A stretch of 64,000 bases of DNA, from positions 4,526,001 through 4,590,000 of the forward strand of contig JBHGNT010000014.1 in NCBI GenBank assembly GCA_043228905.1, given 5' to 3'. Positions 1-11,146 of the stretch are shown here, in pieces; the first letter of the stretch is position 1; every line of letters begins with the position of its first letter. The notes under the pieces were generated by a model. It had not been told where the DNA came from. It did no database searches and saw only the letters and a program-made list of their open reading frames with translations. A program made the translations under genes and the position numbers. This DNA comes from Azolla caroliniana. Its lineage: Eukaryota > Plantae > Polypodiophyta.

Positions 1-1160
1 GCAAGCGGGTCTATTCGTCATTCGAAATCTCCGGCCGGTGCACTCATCTTCTTTGTCAAGAAGAAAGATGGCTCACTTTGTCTTGTCGTTGATTACCGCG
101 GCTTGAATAAAATCACCATCCGGAATAGGTATGCACTTCCTCTTATATCAAGTCTTTTAGAGCGAGTTAATGGTGCCAAGTTTTTTACAAAAATTGATCT
201 ACGAGGAGCATATAACCTCGTGCGGATCCGACCAGGAGATGAATGGAAGACCGCCTTTCGCACACAGTATGGGCATTTCAAATATATTGTTATGCCGTTT
301 GTTCTAACCAACGCACCCGCAATCTTCTAACACATGGCAAATGATATATTTAGAGACCTCTTGGATATTTGTTTGATCATCTATATGGATGATCTATTGA
401 TTTATTCAAAGATCCAAGAAGAGCACGATTCTCATGTACTATTAGTACTAAAATGACTCCGCGAGAATGGTCTTTATGCCAGACTAGAAAAATGTAGCTT
501 TGACTGCAAGCAAGTGGAATTTCTAGGCTACGTCATCTCCTCAAAGGGCATCTCCATGGATCCAGCTAAAGCCCAAACTGTGCTAGATTTGCAAATTCCA
601 CGATCGGTACGAGATGTACAATGTTTTCTAGGTTTTGCTAACTTCTACCGCAAGTTTATACAGGATTACTCGAAGATTATTTTACCTCTCACACAACTTA
701 CGAAGAAGGGAAAAGCATTTCTTTGGTCCAATGAAGCAGACATGGCTTTTCGGCATCTTAAGAAAGCCTTTAAATTAGTTCCTATTATAGCTCATGTGGA
801 TACAAACAAACCATTCATCATGGAGGCCGACCCATCGGATTTCGCCCTTGGTAGCATCCTTTCTCAACAAGGAGATAAAGAAGAGTTACATCCTGTGGCT
901 TTCCATTCGCGCAAATTCTGGCTTTCCATTTGCGCCAATTTGATGACGCGGAAATCAACTACGGAATACATGACAAGGAGTTATTAGCCATTGTGGATTT
1001 CTTTGTACAATGGCGGCTTTTCTTAGATGGCTCTCCACATCAGGTCATCGACTTTAGTGATCACAAAAATCTTGCTTATTTCCAGAACGCTCGGGTGCTA
1101 AATCGTGGAAAGCTCGGTGGTCTGAATTCCTCACGTGTTTTGACTTCAAAATCACATATC

Positions 1161-1401
1161 TATGGTAAACGAGAAATAGAAAGAGAGGGAGAAAGGGAGA
1201 GAGAGAAAGAGAGGGAGAAAGAATGTTTTTATGATAATGTGTGTTTGTCTCTCTCTCTACAACCAACCAACCGACCACAGAGAGAGAATGTGGTGGTTAT
1301 AGGTGCACCCTATTTTTGGGGTGCACCTTTTCATATCATAAGGTTACGTTTTGTATTTACTTTCTTATTTACTTATTTACACTAATTAGTTTATTACAAC
1401 A
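1161..1401 (-). repeat. 3' LTR of the copia element
   Basis: Direct repeat of 6147-6387, adjacent to the PPT (CCCCCCCAT at 1402-1410 on +). Confidence 0.95.
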
Positions 1402-1413
1402 CCCCCCCATAAA

Positions 1414-4400
1414 CTAATTAGTTGTGAACCGTTGTAATCCTAAATTTTCACAACAAGTTTCAAATTTGTCCGGAGGGAGAGCCTTTGTTAGAAAATCAGC
1501 CCACATATGATTTGTTGATGTAAACTCTAATGTAAGCTTGTTTTCTTCGGCTAACTCTCGTATAAAGTGATATTTTAAATCCACATGTTTTGTTTTCTCT
1601 GAGTGCTTTGGATTCTTCGTTAAGTAGATGCATGATATATTGTCGCAGAAGATTTTCAATTGGAGTGGTCCACATAGTTGGAGTTCTTTTATCACTGTTT
1701 GCAACCATAATCCTTCTTTAGCAGCCAATGCCACTGCTACGAACTCAGCTTCAGCAGATGAGAGTGTCACAGATTCTTGTTTTTTCGATTGCCACGTCAC
1801 TGCTGCTCCTGCCATTATAAAAGAAAAACCAGCAGTAGATCTACGAGAATCAATGTCCCCCCCCCAATCCGAATCAGACCAACCAACAAGTGATTTGATT
1901 GGTCTTTCGGATTGGGATCGTTTATATGTTAATCCATAGTTAGATGTGTGTTTTAAATATCGCATAACTCGTTGAAGTGATTTCCAATGCATAAGACCAG
2001 GGTTATGCATAAAGCGTGAAAGATAGTTAATTGCAAAACAAAGGTCAGGACGAGTCCCTGTGACTAAATATCGAAGTTTTCCTATTAATTGTTTAAAAGG
2101 AAATTGTTGCATAAAATTAATATCTCTTTTTGTGGTTGGACTATCAGATATGCTTAAGTTACATGTTAATGATAAGGGAGTAGTGCAAGGTTTAATGTTT
2201 AGCATTCCGAAGGATTTCAAAATTTCATTAATGAATTTATTTTGATGAATGATCAAGGTGCCCATACTACGATTACGCGTAACTTGCATGCCTAGGAAAT
2301 AAGATAGGGGACCTAAATCTGTTATTGAAAATGCTTTGGAAAGCTCTAGCTTTGCTTGAGTAATTTCAGATGGTGTTCCGACTATAGGAATGTCATCAAC
2401 ATATAATGCTACCACTAACAACCGATTAGATGAATGATTATGTCTAATGTATATATTTGGTTCTGATAACAATCTAGAATAGCCATGTGAGAGCATAAAA
2501 TTGTTAAATTTTTGAAACCATAACCTAGGAGATTGTTTGAGTCCATAAAGTGATCGATGTAATCGACACACATAGTTTGGTTGAGATTGTGACTCAAACC
2601 CAGGAGGTTGGGACATGTAGATTTCCTCAGGTAAATCACCATGTAGAAATGCCGTTTGTACATCCAAATGATGTACTTCGAGATCAAGAATGGTGGCTAG
2701 AGCCATTAGGAGCCGAAAAGATGCCATACGGAGGACGGGTGAAAATGTCTCAGAGTAGTCAAGTCCTTCAACTTGAGAAAAACCACGAGCTACAAGTCGA
2801 GCTTTGTAACGTGCAACAGTACCATCAGGGTTTAGTTTTTTCTTCAACACCCATTTGCATGAAATAGGTGAGCGTCCCATTGGGAGTGGTACTAGAGTCC
2901 ATGTTTTATTGGCCTCAAGAGATTCAAGTTCTTTTGCCATGGCGGCTTGCCATTCTACACGATCTGGACTTTGCAATGCCTCATTGATAGTTAAGGGATC
3001 ATCAGAGACGTCTGATGTGGTTGTCGGGGAACCAAGAGCCGAAAAAGCAAACTCAGGTTCAAATCGATGGTCCGCAACAAGGGCATCAATTTTTTGTGTG
3101 TGATCATAAAGATCTTGAATAGTACGAACTTTCTTTGGAGTCGATGTAGGGCTAAGTGAACTAGGTGATTTCGCATTGTCACAACAATTTTTATCTTTTA
3201 CATGTTGACTATTAGTGGGATATGAGGTATTTCTACATCCTATTTTAATTACTTTTGCATCATTGTGACCATTGGTTTTCCCCTTACCATTAAGGCGTGA
3301 GGATCTTCGTAGTGGGATCAAGAGATTTTGAATAGGATGGGAACCTGAATAATCAATGTGAGTTAATTGTGTTCTATCTAAAGGCTTTTCCTTATGAGTG
3401 CTAAATTGTTTATTAAGCCTTTGTTTAATTTGCGTAGAGTTAGTGTTTAAAATTGGAGTATGTACATCAGTTTGTTGTGATTGTTTGGTTATTAGGGGCA
3501 ATAAGTTGGAGTCATTGGTTGAAACTGGGACTTCTGGGCGAACCTCTAGAGATGAATGCATTAGTGGAGGAGGGTTAATTGGCATATGGTCAAGTGTGAC
3601 TTGTTGAATTTCCGAGGACATTTGTGGAGCCCGCCAAGAATTAGTAGGTGATGATATTATTTCTTTATTAGATTCAATGTTAGACATGGTAGTCTCATCT
3701 TGTATCTTTTCATGGCCATGATGTGGGTGAGGATTAGATATTAGCTTATCTTCATCAAATATCACTCGTCGACTAAATATAAATCTTTTGGATTTTGGGT
3801 CATATAATCGATAACCCTTATAGCCATGAGGTTCGCCATACCCAACAAATATTGTGCGAACTGCGTGATTATCTAATTTTGATCGAGTTTCTAAGGGTAC
3901 GAGTGCATATGATGGACATCCAAAGATTCTTAGATTTTCATAATTTGGATTTTTTCCAAACCACAAGGAAAATGGAGTTGTCCTAATTGATCGACTATAT
4001 GTTCTATTGAATATATAACAAGCGGTTGAAACGGCCTCTTCCCAATATGTTCGGGGAAGGTTTGCAATGGCGAGCATGCTACGAGTGGCGTCCATATACA
4101 ACCGGTTTCGCCGTTCAGCCCTTGAATTGTGTTGGGGTGTATATGGGATGGTAAACCGTTGTTGAATCCCATGGTTTTGGCAATAAGTTTGGAAGTTTTG
4201 GGACTTGAATTCTCCACCATTGTCTGATTGTAGTACTTTAAGGGGTAAATCTTGTTGATTTGTTACAAGTTTGTGGTAGGCTTTAAATTTCTCAAGGACT
4301 TGATCACTACATTTTGTCTTGAGAAACGTGACCATCGTGAACCGAGTAAAGTCATCGATAAATGTTAGGAAATATACATTTCCAGATAGGGATGGGGTAG

Positions 4401-6054
4401 ACAAAGGACCACATATATCCGTATGTACTAGTTGGAGGGGTTTGGTGGTCGTTGTAGGATGGGATGGAAATGGCGAGTTAGAAAGTTTTCCAAATATACA
4501 CCCTTCGCAAAGGGATAATTTCGATTTACGAGGAAGAGTAAAGCCAATTGCTATATGTTGTCGGGCCATGTGAACCATTGTTTGATGATTTAAGTGACCT
4601 AATCGATAGTGCCATAATAAGGTCATATAGTTTGATGTGTTTGAATCATCTATGTGGTGTGCTTCTTCAGCAGGTACCACAGAGCGGCCTAGAAGGTAAA
4701 GACATCCTTGTCTTGGACAATTGACGACATAGCCTCGTCCAGAGGGTGTCTTATGACGAATGATACAATATTTGTGATAAAACTCGACGGATGTATTATC
4801 ATTCGTGAGTTTATTGACAGATATCAAGTTTTTGGCTATGTTAGGTATATAGTAAACTTCATTGATTTCAATGAAGTTCCCATCAGAAAGTTCAAGATGA
4901 GCAGTCCCATGTCCAAGGGCATATGCAACCCCATTGTTCCCAAATCTAACCGGGAAAGGATGTTCTAAGGCCTTATAGTCTTTGAGCCATTCAACTCTTG
5001 AGGTGAGATGACATGTGGCACCTGTATCAAGAATCCACGTTGAAGTGGGAGAATTGTTAAATGAAGTGAGGGCCATGAAGGCAATGAAAGAATCTTCATT
5101 ATCTTCATCGGAATTTTGGTCATTATCACATATGTGATTATTTGGATCGTAGTCATCATGAGATGCATTATAAGATTGGTCTTCTTTATATGTTCTTTTC
5201 CCGTTGTTAGAATTCCTATAACAATCTTTCGTTTCATGTCCGCTCCTTTGACAATTTTTACAAAAGGATCTAAGGAACCTAGATTTGTTATGATTCCTTG
5301 AATCGTTAAATTTAGAGGTTCGTGAATAAAATTTGGAGTTATTAGATTGGTATGTTGATTTAGGTTTATTGTAAGGTTTTTTATTGTAATTTGGATGTTT
5401 GATATAAAGTGCGGTGTGAGATGAGGAGGGTTGATTTATTGCCCTACGAAGTATGTTTTCTTGTGAGATTGATGCAACTAATGTTGGGACACTAATGTTG
5501 GCGGATGTGGATTTTGTACTTATAAATGGTTGCCATGATGGGGGTAGGGCGGCTAACAAGAGGGCAGATTGAACGGAACTTGGCAAACTAAGTCCTGAAA
5601 GGATTACATCATCAAGTCGAAGTCTCCAATTTTTAACGAATGTATCAACATCATCATTTTCATTCATATTCATATTTATTAATGTTTTTAAATTTGCAAC
5701 TTGGGACGTAACGTCCGTATGGAGGTAATCAGCCTCTAATCTATCCCATATTTGTTTGGAGGTAGTCAAGGTTCTCACACTTTGCTTAAGTGTGTCCTCC
5801 ATATGAAGGAGAAGTTCTAAGCGAGCGTTTAAATCACGCCGCTTCCATGTTTGCACACCAAGTGCATTTGTGGGGTCGGGGCACACGTCGGTTCCATCGA
5901 CGATTTTTAACAAGTCATGTTGTTCTAATATAATTTCCATGGTCATACGCCATGGTTGATAATTTTTATCATTCAATTTTTCAATATGATAAGTGCGAGA
6001 CGATACCTGGGCGGCATTTGCCGCCACATTTGCTATCACTCCACCGTTTGACAT
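1414..6054 (-). CDS. Copia Gag-Pol polyprotein, 1546 aa (Gag, zinc knuckle, protease, integrase, RT, RNase H)
   Basis: CKNCQRSGHETKDC knuckle, WILDTGATCH protease, LWHYRLGH..CEGC and VHTDICGP/SDNGGEF integrase, YKARLVARGF and LYVDDI RT, SDSDWGG/ADFLTK RNase H, in copia domain order. Confidence 0.97.
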   Translation of the reverse strand: MSNGGVIANVAANAAQVSSRTYHIEKLNDKNYQPWRMTMEIILEQHDLLKIVDGTDVCPDPTNALGVQTWKRRDLNARLELLLHMEDTLKQSVRTLTTSKQIWDRLEADYLHTDVTSQVANLKTLINMNMNENDDVDTFVKNWRLRLDDVILSGLSLPSSVQSALLLAALPPSWQPFISTKSTSANISVPTLVASISQENILRRAINQPSSSHTALYIKHPNYNKKPYNKPKSTYQSNNSKFYSRTSKFNDSRNHNKSRFLRSFCKNCQRSGHETKDCYRNSNNGKRTYKEDQSYNASHDDYDPNNHICDNDQNSDEDNEDSFIAFMALTSFNNSPTSTWILDTGATCHLTSRVEWLKDYKALEHPFPVRFGNNGVAYALGHGTAHLELSDGNFIEINEVYYIPNIAKNLISVNKLTNDNTSVEFYHKYCIIRHKTPSGRGYVVNCPRQGCLYLLGRSVVPAEEAHHIDDSNTSNYMTLLWHYRLGHLNHQTMVHMARQHIAIGFTLPRKSKLSLCEGCIFGKLSNSPFPSHPTTTTKPLQLVHTDICGPLSTPSLSGNVYFLTFIDDFTRFTMVTFLKTKCSDQVLEKFKAYHKLVTNQQDLPLKVLQSDNGGEFKSQNFQTYCQNHGIQQRFTIPYTPQHNSRAERRNRLYMDATRSMLAIANLPRTYWEEAVSTACYIFNRTYSRSIRTTPFSLWFGKNPNYENLRIFGCPSYALVPLETRSKLDNHAVRTIFVGYGEPHGYKGYRLYDPKSKRFIFSRRVIFDEDKLISNPHPHHGHEKIQDETTMSNIESNKEIISSPTNSWRAPQMSSEIQQVTLDHMPINPPPLMHSSLEVRPEVPVSTNDSNLLPLITKQSQQTDVHTPILNTNSTQIKQRLNKQFSTHKEKPLDRTQLTHIDYSGSHPIQNLLIPLRRSSRLNGKGKTNGHNDAKVIKIGCRNTSYPTNSQHVKDKNCCDNAKSPSSLSPTSTPKKVRTIQDLYDHTQKIDALVADHRFEPEFAFSALGSPTTTSDVSDDPLTINEALQSPDRVEWQAAMAKELESLEANKTWTLVPLPMGRSPISCKWVLKKKLNPDGTVARYKARLVARGFSQVEGLDYSETFSPVLRMASFRLLMALATILDLEVHHLDVQTAFLHGDLPEEIYMSQPPGFESQSQPNYVCRLHRSLYGLKQSPRLWFQKFNNFMLSHGYSRLLSEPNIYIRHNHSSNRLLVVALYVDDIPIVGTPSEITQAKLELSKAFSITDLGPLSYFLGMQVTRNRSMGTLIIHQNKFINEILKSFGMLNIKPCTTPLSLTCNLSISDSPTTKRDINFMQQFPFKQLIGKLRYLVTGTRPDLCFAINYLSRFMHNPGLMHWKSLQRVMRYLKHTSNYGLTYKRSQSERPIKSLVGWSDSDWGGDIDSRRSTAGFSFIMAGAAVTWQSKKQESVTLSSAEAEFVAVALAAKEGLWLQTVIKELQLCGPLQLKIFCDNISCIYLTKNPKHSEKTKHVDLKYHFIRELAEENKLTLEFTSTNHMWADFLTKALPPDKFETCCENLGLQRFTTN

Positions 6055-6134
6055 GGTCGAAAGTCGTTTCTTTAATTCGCACGTTCGTTATTAACACCGC
6101 GACACAAATCTTGGTGGGGTTGGACTCCTTCACC

Positions 6135-6146
6135 GCTCTGATACCA
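6135..6146 (-). promoter_or_regulatory. Primer-binding site (tRNA-iMet) of the copia element
   Basis: GCTCTGATACCA on + reads TGGTATCAGAGC on -, directly abutting the 5' LTR. Confidence 0.93.
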
Positions 6147-6387
6147 TATGGTAAACGAGAAATAGAAAGAGAGGGAGAAAGGGAGAGAGAGAAAGAGAGG
6201 GAGAAAGAATGTTTTTATGATAATGTGTGTTTGTCTCTCTCTCTACAACCAACCAACCGACCACAGAGAGAGAATGTGGTGGTTATAGGTGCACCCTATT
6301 TTTGGGGTGCACCTTTTCATATCATAAGGTTACGTTTTGTATTTACTTTCTTATTTACTTATTTACACTAATTAGTTTATTACAACA
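6147..6387 (-). repeat. 5' LTR of the copia element
   Basis: Direct repeat of 1161-1401, followed by TSD ATATC. Confidence 0.95.
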
Positions 6388-8059
6388 ATATCAACCGGGG
6401 AAGCAGCAAGGAAAAGCAGATGCGCTATCATGGCGTTCATATCTTGCACCTCGTCCTGGTGATCTAGGGTTTGATAATCAAAAGCAAGTAATCTTGGGAC
6501 CAACACAATTGCACTCAACGCGGATTTTTCACACCCCAATGGATTCCCGGATTATCGATGCCATATGTGCGAACTTGAAGATAAACAGTTTTGCTCAAGA
6601 CATTCTAGTGCACATTGATACCTCGCGGGCATCCTGTTCCCAATCTCAACAACGAGGTATGGACTACTGACAATTCAAATATCATGACGGTTTGTTATTC
6701 TTTAAAGAGCTTGTATAGTCCCCGATTGCTCTTGTCGCCTTCAAATCGTTCAAAATTGTCACGACACCCATACGGCGGGACATTTTGGTAGTATTAGACA
6801 TTGGATCTCGTTCAACAATCCTTTTGGTGGCCCCATATTCGAGGTTTTGTCGACGACTACATTCGGACTTGTGATGCTTGCTACCGAGCAAAGATGCCTC
6901 GACACCATCCATATGGCTTTTTGGAATCCTTACCAATTCCAAGTAAGCCGTGGCAGTCTATTTGTCTTGATTTTATCATAGATCTGCCGGTCTCGAAGGG
7001 GTTCGATGCTATCTTAACTGTCGTCGATCGATATACTAAGATGGCACATTTTGTGCCATGTACTAAGGCCATCACTAGCGAGGAAACCGCTGCCCTTGTC
7101 ATGTGTGAGGTATTTCAGCATCATGGCCTCCCAGACAGTATCATCAGTGACTGAGGACCTCAATTCGTCTCCAAATTTTGGCAGTATCTCTTCAAGAGGC
7201 TCAAGGACTCTTGCAACATCTCCTCCGGCAACCATCCCTAGACTGATGGGTAGGCGGAACGAACAAACCAAACGCTGGAACAATATCTCTGGTGTTTTCT
7301 GAGTTATCAACAGGACGATTGGGCCAACATTCCCCACTTTGCGGAGTTTGCATATAATAATGTTGTTCACTCCTTGATTCGGGTCTCCCCATTTTACGCT
7401 GATACTGGTTCTCATCCTCGCTGGACGGTGATCGACACCCCAGAGCTACCGACCGATCCTCGTGCCGAGGATCATTTAGAGAGGCTACGAAAGATCCAGA
7501 TGAATCTCTCTACTCATCTTCTTCATGCTCAACACACACAGAAGACTTATGCGGATCGTCATCGGCTCCCTTCCTCTTTTGCCATCGGAGATCGAGTATG
7601 GCTCTTACGTCGTCACGTCAAGACTACTCGACTGTGCGACAAGTTGGATTATCGACGACTCGGTCCCTTCCGTATTACTAGTAAGGTTAATGATGTCACG
7701 TTCCACCTTGATCTCCCTCCGCATCTTCAGATACATCCGGTTTTTCATAGCTCTCTTCCTGAACCTTATAAAAGCAAACACTATTCCCGATCGTGTTACA
7801 CCACCGCTGCCCCCGCTTGAGTTGGAAGCCGGCCCGGAGTATGAAGTTGCTGCCATCCTCGATTCCAAACTTGTTCGCAACAAACTTTATTATTTGGTCG
7901 ATTGGCTTGGCTATAGTCCGAGCAAACGTACTTGGGAACCCGTCGAGCATGTCGCCAATGCTCAGGATCTTCTTTCTGAGTTCCATTGAAAGTATCTGGA
8001 CAAACCCGGTCCGCAATCAGCGCCGACTCTTTCCACTCGTCGTCTTAAGGGGGAGATAG

Positions 8060-8511
8060 TGTCATGATATGGCAATACTCGACCCATGACCTTATGTTAT
8101 ATGGGTCGAGCTCTTGCCCATTATACCATCTATTGTAATACGTAGGATATTATTTTCATTAAAGTTTTATTCTAGGAAATTAATGTATATTCCAGATTTC
8201 TCTGGAACATTCTAGAAGCTTTAGGATTACTCCTGAGAACACTATAAAAGAAGGCACTAGGCATTATTTTGAACCAAATTGGTTCAACGCCAATCTTAAG
8301 CCTCATAGCCATCTTTTACTTAGTCTTCCTATAATATATCATATGTTATCATCATCTCTCCCTCCCTCGTCCTCACTATCTCTCTCTCTCTCTCTCTCTT
8401 CTCTTCTCTTTCCTCCCTCTCGTGAGTCTTACGCAGTCCCGTCCTCTTAGTACTAATTGTACTTCCCTTCTCTAGTACTAATTCTCTCTCTGTTTAGTAC
8501 TATTCCTGACA
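8060..8511 (+). repeat. 3' LTR of gypsy A
   Basis: TGTCATG..CCTGACA; TATA box at ~8243; reverse-complement homologue of 13582-14015 and 32838-33313. Confidence 0.92.
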
Positions 8512-8984
8512 GAGAAAACCCATCTACACCGTTGTTTCTATAGAATCCAAAGAGTTATTGGGCTGACCAATTCCAACACAACTTGAGATTTTGCATTGAT
8601 AGGAGTTGAGTGGACATTATCGATGGTGGAGAAAAAAACCTCTATTGTTTTTATCACCAAAGTCATCTCCTCCTCCTGATGCTCGTATATGTCAATTGGG
8701 GCCTGCCATGATAGCCAACATATATATCCCTACTTGATGAAGCCTTGCACCTGCCATAATTGCAAGAAGCGACCAACCCCCTACCATATTCGATGGGACT
8801 CGGGACTGTCCCATAGAGTGTGTCGGATTGATTCTATTGAATTTGGGCACGCTACACAATTAGGAGAGCTAAGGTTCCCACACTGCCATGCACTAACCGG
8901 TAGTTCTTCTTCACTTATCGCGATCGCTGACGTTCCTTTTCGATCCGAACCATTTTGGTCCAAACTCTTCTTGAATCGGTGGTG

Positions 8985-10495
8985 TTAGTCCCTTTCTCTT
9001 TCCGGAAGTTGACAGTTCTTCTGGAAGTGCCCCGACTTCCCACAGTAGAAGCAACTAGTTCTCCCCCTTGACTTTGATCTCCTCCCCGATTTGTCCCAGT
9101 TTTGGGGACTCTGATTTCGGCCTCTTCCCCGGTTTTGGTCATCTTCCGTAACAAAAGCCTTCGGGTTGGTTTTGGATTCCCGATCCTTCCGGCAAGCTTC
9201 TTCATCTAGCAAGCTTGATTTTACCCTTGCTAAGGACAACTGCTTTCCTTCTGGCCCGACATTGCCCAAAGTGACAACTAGCGTCTCCCAACTATTTGGG
9301 AGGGAACCGAGCAGGAGCAATGGAAGTACCTCGTCGGCTAGAGGTACTTCAAGCGAAGTTGTTTGATTTATGAGCCCCTGGAATGCGTTCATGTGCTCCA
9401 CCATGATGGATCCGTCTTGGTACAGGAGTCTCACGAACTTCCGGAATACCGAAACCCGATTTACGGCGTTTTTGCTCTCTAGCATGGTGCCGATATTCTC
9501 CCAGAACACATGAGCCTTACTTTCTTCATTGAAGTTGTTGTACAGGCTCATGTCGATGAAGCACCATATGTATACTGTCGTCTTCATGTGCATCACCTCC
9601 CATGTCATGGCATTGATCTTTTCCGGCTTCTTGTCACCCAACTGTACTAACAACCAGAGATCTTTGAACCCGAGCATGTCCCTCATCTTTGACTTCCACA
9701 CTGGGTAGTTGGAGCCGGTGAGCTTGAACATGCTTCCAAATGCCTCTTCCATTTTCTTGTTGGCTCTAATACTAGTTTGTGCGGAATAGCGCTCGGCCAC
9801 AACCTAGACTCAAACACTTTATGAGAGAACAAAACATAAATGAAGGTTCGTACACTTATAGAGAAGAGACGACATAGGATGTTTATGCTTCCGAATGACT
9901 CTTCCATTTTCTTGTTGGCTCTGATACCAATTTGTGTGGAATAGCGCTCGGCCACAACCGAGACTCAAACACTTTATGAGAGAACAAAACATAAATGAAG
10001 GTTCGTACACTTATAGAGAAGAGATGACACGGGATGTTTATAGAGAAGAAACGACACAAACTCCAACTGTCACTATATGAGAAAGGAGGTACAACAGGAG
10101 ACTCAGAGGCAACGACCTTGTGCTTTGTATCTTCGCCAACCGGCAGCTTCTCTTCTCTCTCTCTCTCTGTACAACTATAATACAACTATAATACAACTAT
10201 AATACAACTATAATACAACTAACAACAACAACTACACCAACTACTACCACAGTGATTGCCCTAAGTCATATTTATACTTATATGACTTTAGGACTATTTA
10301 CAAATATAGCATTTACAGGCACACCAGAAACATATTTGCAAATATGTCCCTAGATCTAGTTCACACCGGATTCATCTGGATACCTTCTAGTCCAGTCTGG
10401 TTGTTCCATCGGGTTCGGTTCCTTCCTTCGGCTCGTTCGATCCGGCTCCTCCGAATCTCATCTGGATCCCATCCGGAGGGACTGAATGCCCAACA
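8985..10495 (-). mobile_element. 3'-truncated Ty1/copia: 5' LTR (~9933-10495), iMet PBS (9918-9929), gag up to the zinc knuckle
   Basis: ORF 8985-9800 has copia Gag features (KLTGSNYPVW, LLGSLPNSWE, CFYCGKSGHFQKNC). PBS GCTCTGATACCA is present, and the LTR ends CCCAACA on +. Confidence 0.85.
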
Positions 10496-10782
10496 ACCAA
10501 GACATGGGATGAACCGAATCACATGAAGGCCAGGCGGATGAGAAGGCTATTGAAGACGACGCTGAGACGGAGGGGCCGACGGGTCGAGGGCCACCAACAA
10601 TGCATCAACGAGGGAGTTGAGAAGGTCCTGAGTAGCAGACAAGTTGACCGTAGGGGTCATGGTGATTCGAACCAGACAAGTCGAGGAGCGCCAGACCAAA
10701 GGACCAGACTGAACGAGGAGTGCGAGCAAGGTGTCGTGTAATGTTCATTGGTTTAGACGTGCTTATTTGGGGGTTATCATAC

Positions 10783-11146
10783 TGTAATATCTGAGTCGTT
10801 GGCTTTATTGGACTAACCTAATGTGTGTCATTGGGTACCCCACACATGATTGGTTAGGTAGATGTCATTACATGGCCTAGTTCCTATAAATAGGGGATAC
10901 CCTCCTTTGTCAGGGGGAGGCCCATGAGTGGTTCCGACGAAGCTTTCTTTGATGTGGACTAGTCATCTACCAAGGTCCTGATGGTAGAGATCCTGGTTGG
11001 TATGAGACAAATTGGGATTCCTCGTCTGCGTTGTCGACTCTGGCGCGGGGGCAGATGGGTGGTAACACGTATTTTCAGTATGATCATGTCACTTATATCT
11101 TTATTTTAGGATTAATGATTTTGTTTATTACATATGGTATCATAGC
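10783..11146 (+). mobile_element. Probable 5' LTR (10783-11132) plus degenerate iMet PBS of an old LTR element
   Basis: TGTAATA..TATTACA inverted termini, TATAAATA at ~10885, then TGGTATCATAGC at 11135-11146. No partner LTR found. Confidence 0.55.

Larger units (their letters stand above)
1161..6387 (-). mobile_element. Intact, very young Ty1/copia LTR retrotransposon
   Basis: Two 241-bp LTRs that look identical (1161-1401, 6147-6387); 5-bp TSD ATATC (1156-1160, 6388-6392); tRNA-iMet PBS; G-rich PPT; one uninterrupted ORF. Confidence 0.97.
1..7989 (+). pseudogene. Degenerate pol of gypsy A (RT-RNase H 1-1160; integrase-chromodomain 6393-7989)
   Basis: Fragment ORFs 103-330, 514-987, 930-1160, 6801-7154, 7374-7820 and 7525-7989 are separated by stops and frameshifts. 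Confidence 0.9.
1..8511 (+). mobile_element. Ty3/gypsy chromovirus A (Tcn1-like), 5' part outside the window, interrupted by a copia insertion at 1161-6387
   Basis: RT motifs ([20 protein letters not shown] at ~380), RNase H (EADPSDFALG), integrase (PWQSICLDFI, GPF) and chromodomain (EYEVAAILDSK..YLVDWLGY, ~7835-7985). PPT AAGGGGGAGATAG precedes a TG..CA LTR at 8060-8511. Confidence 0.93.
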
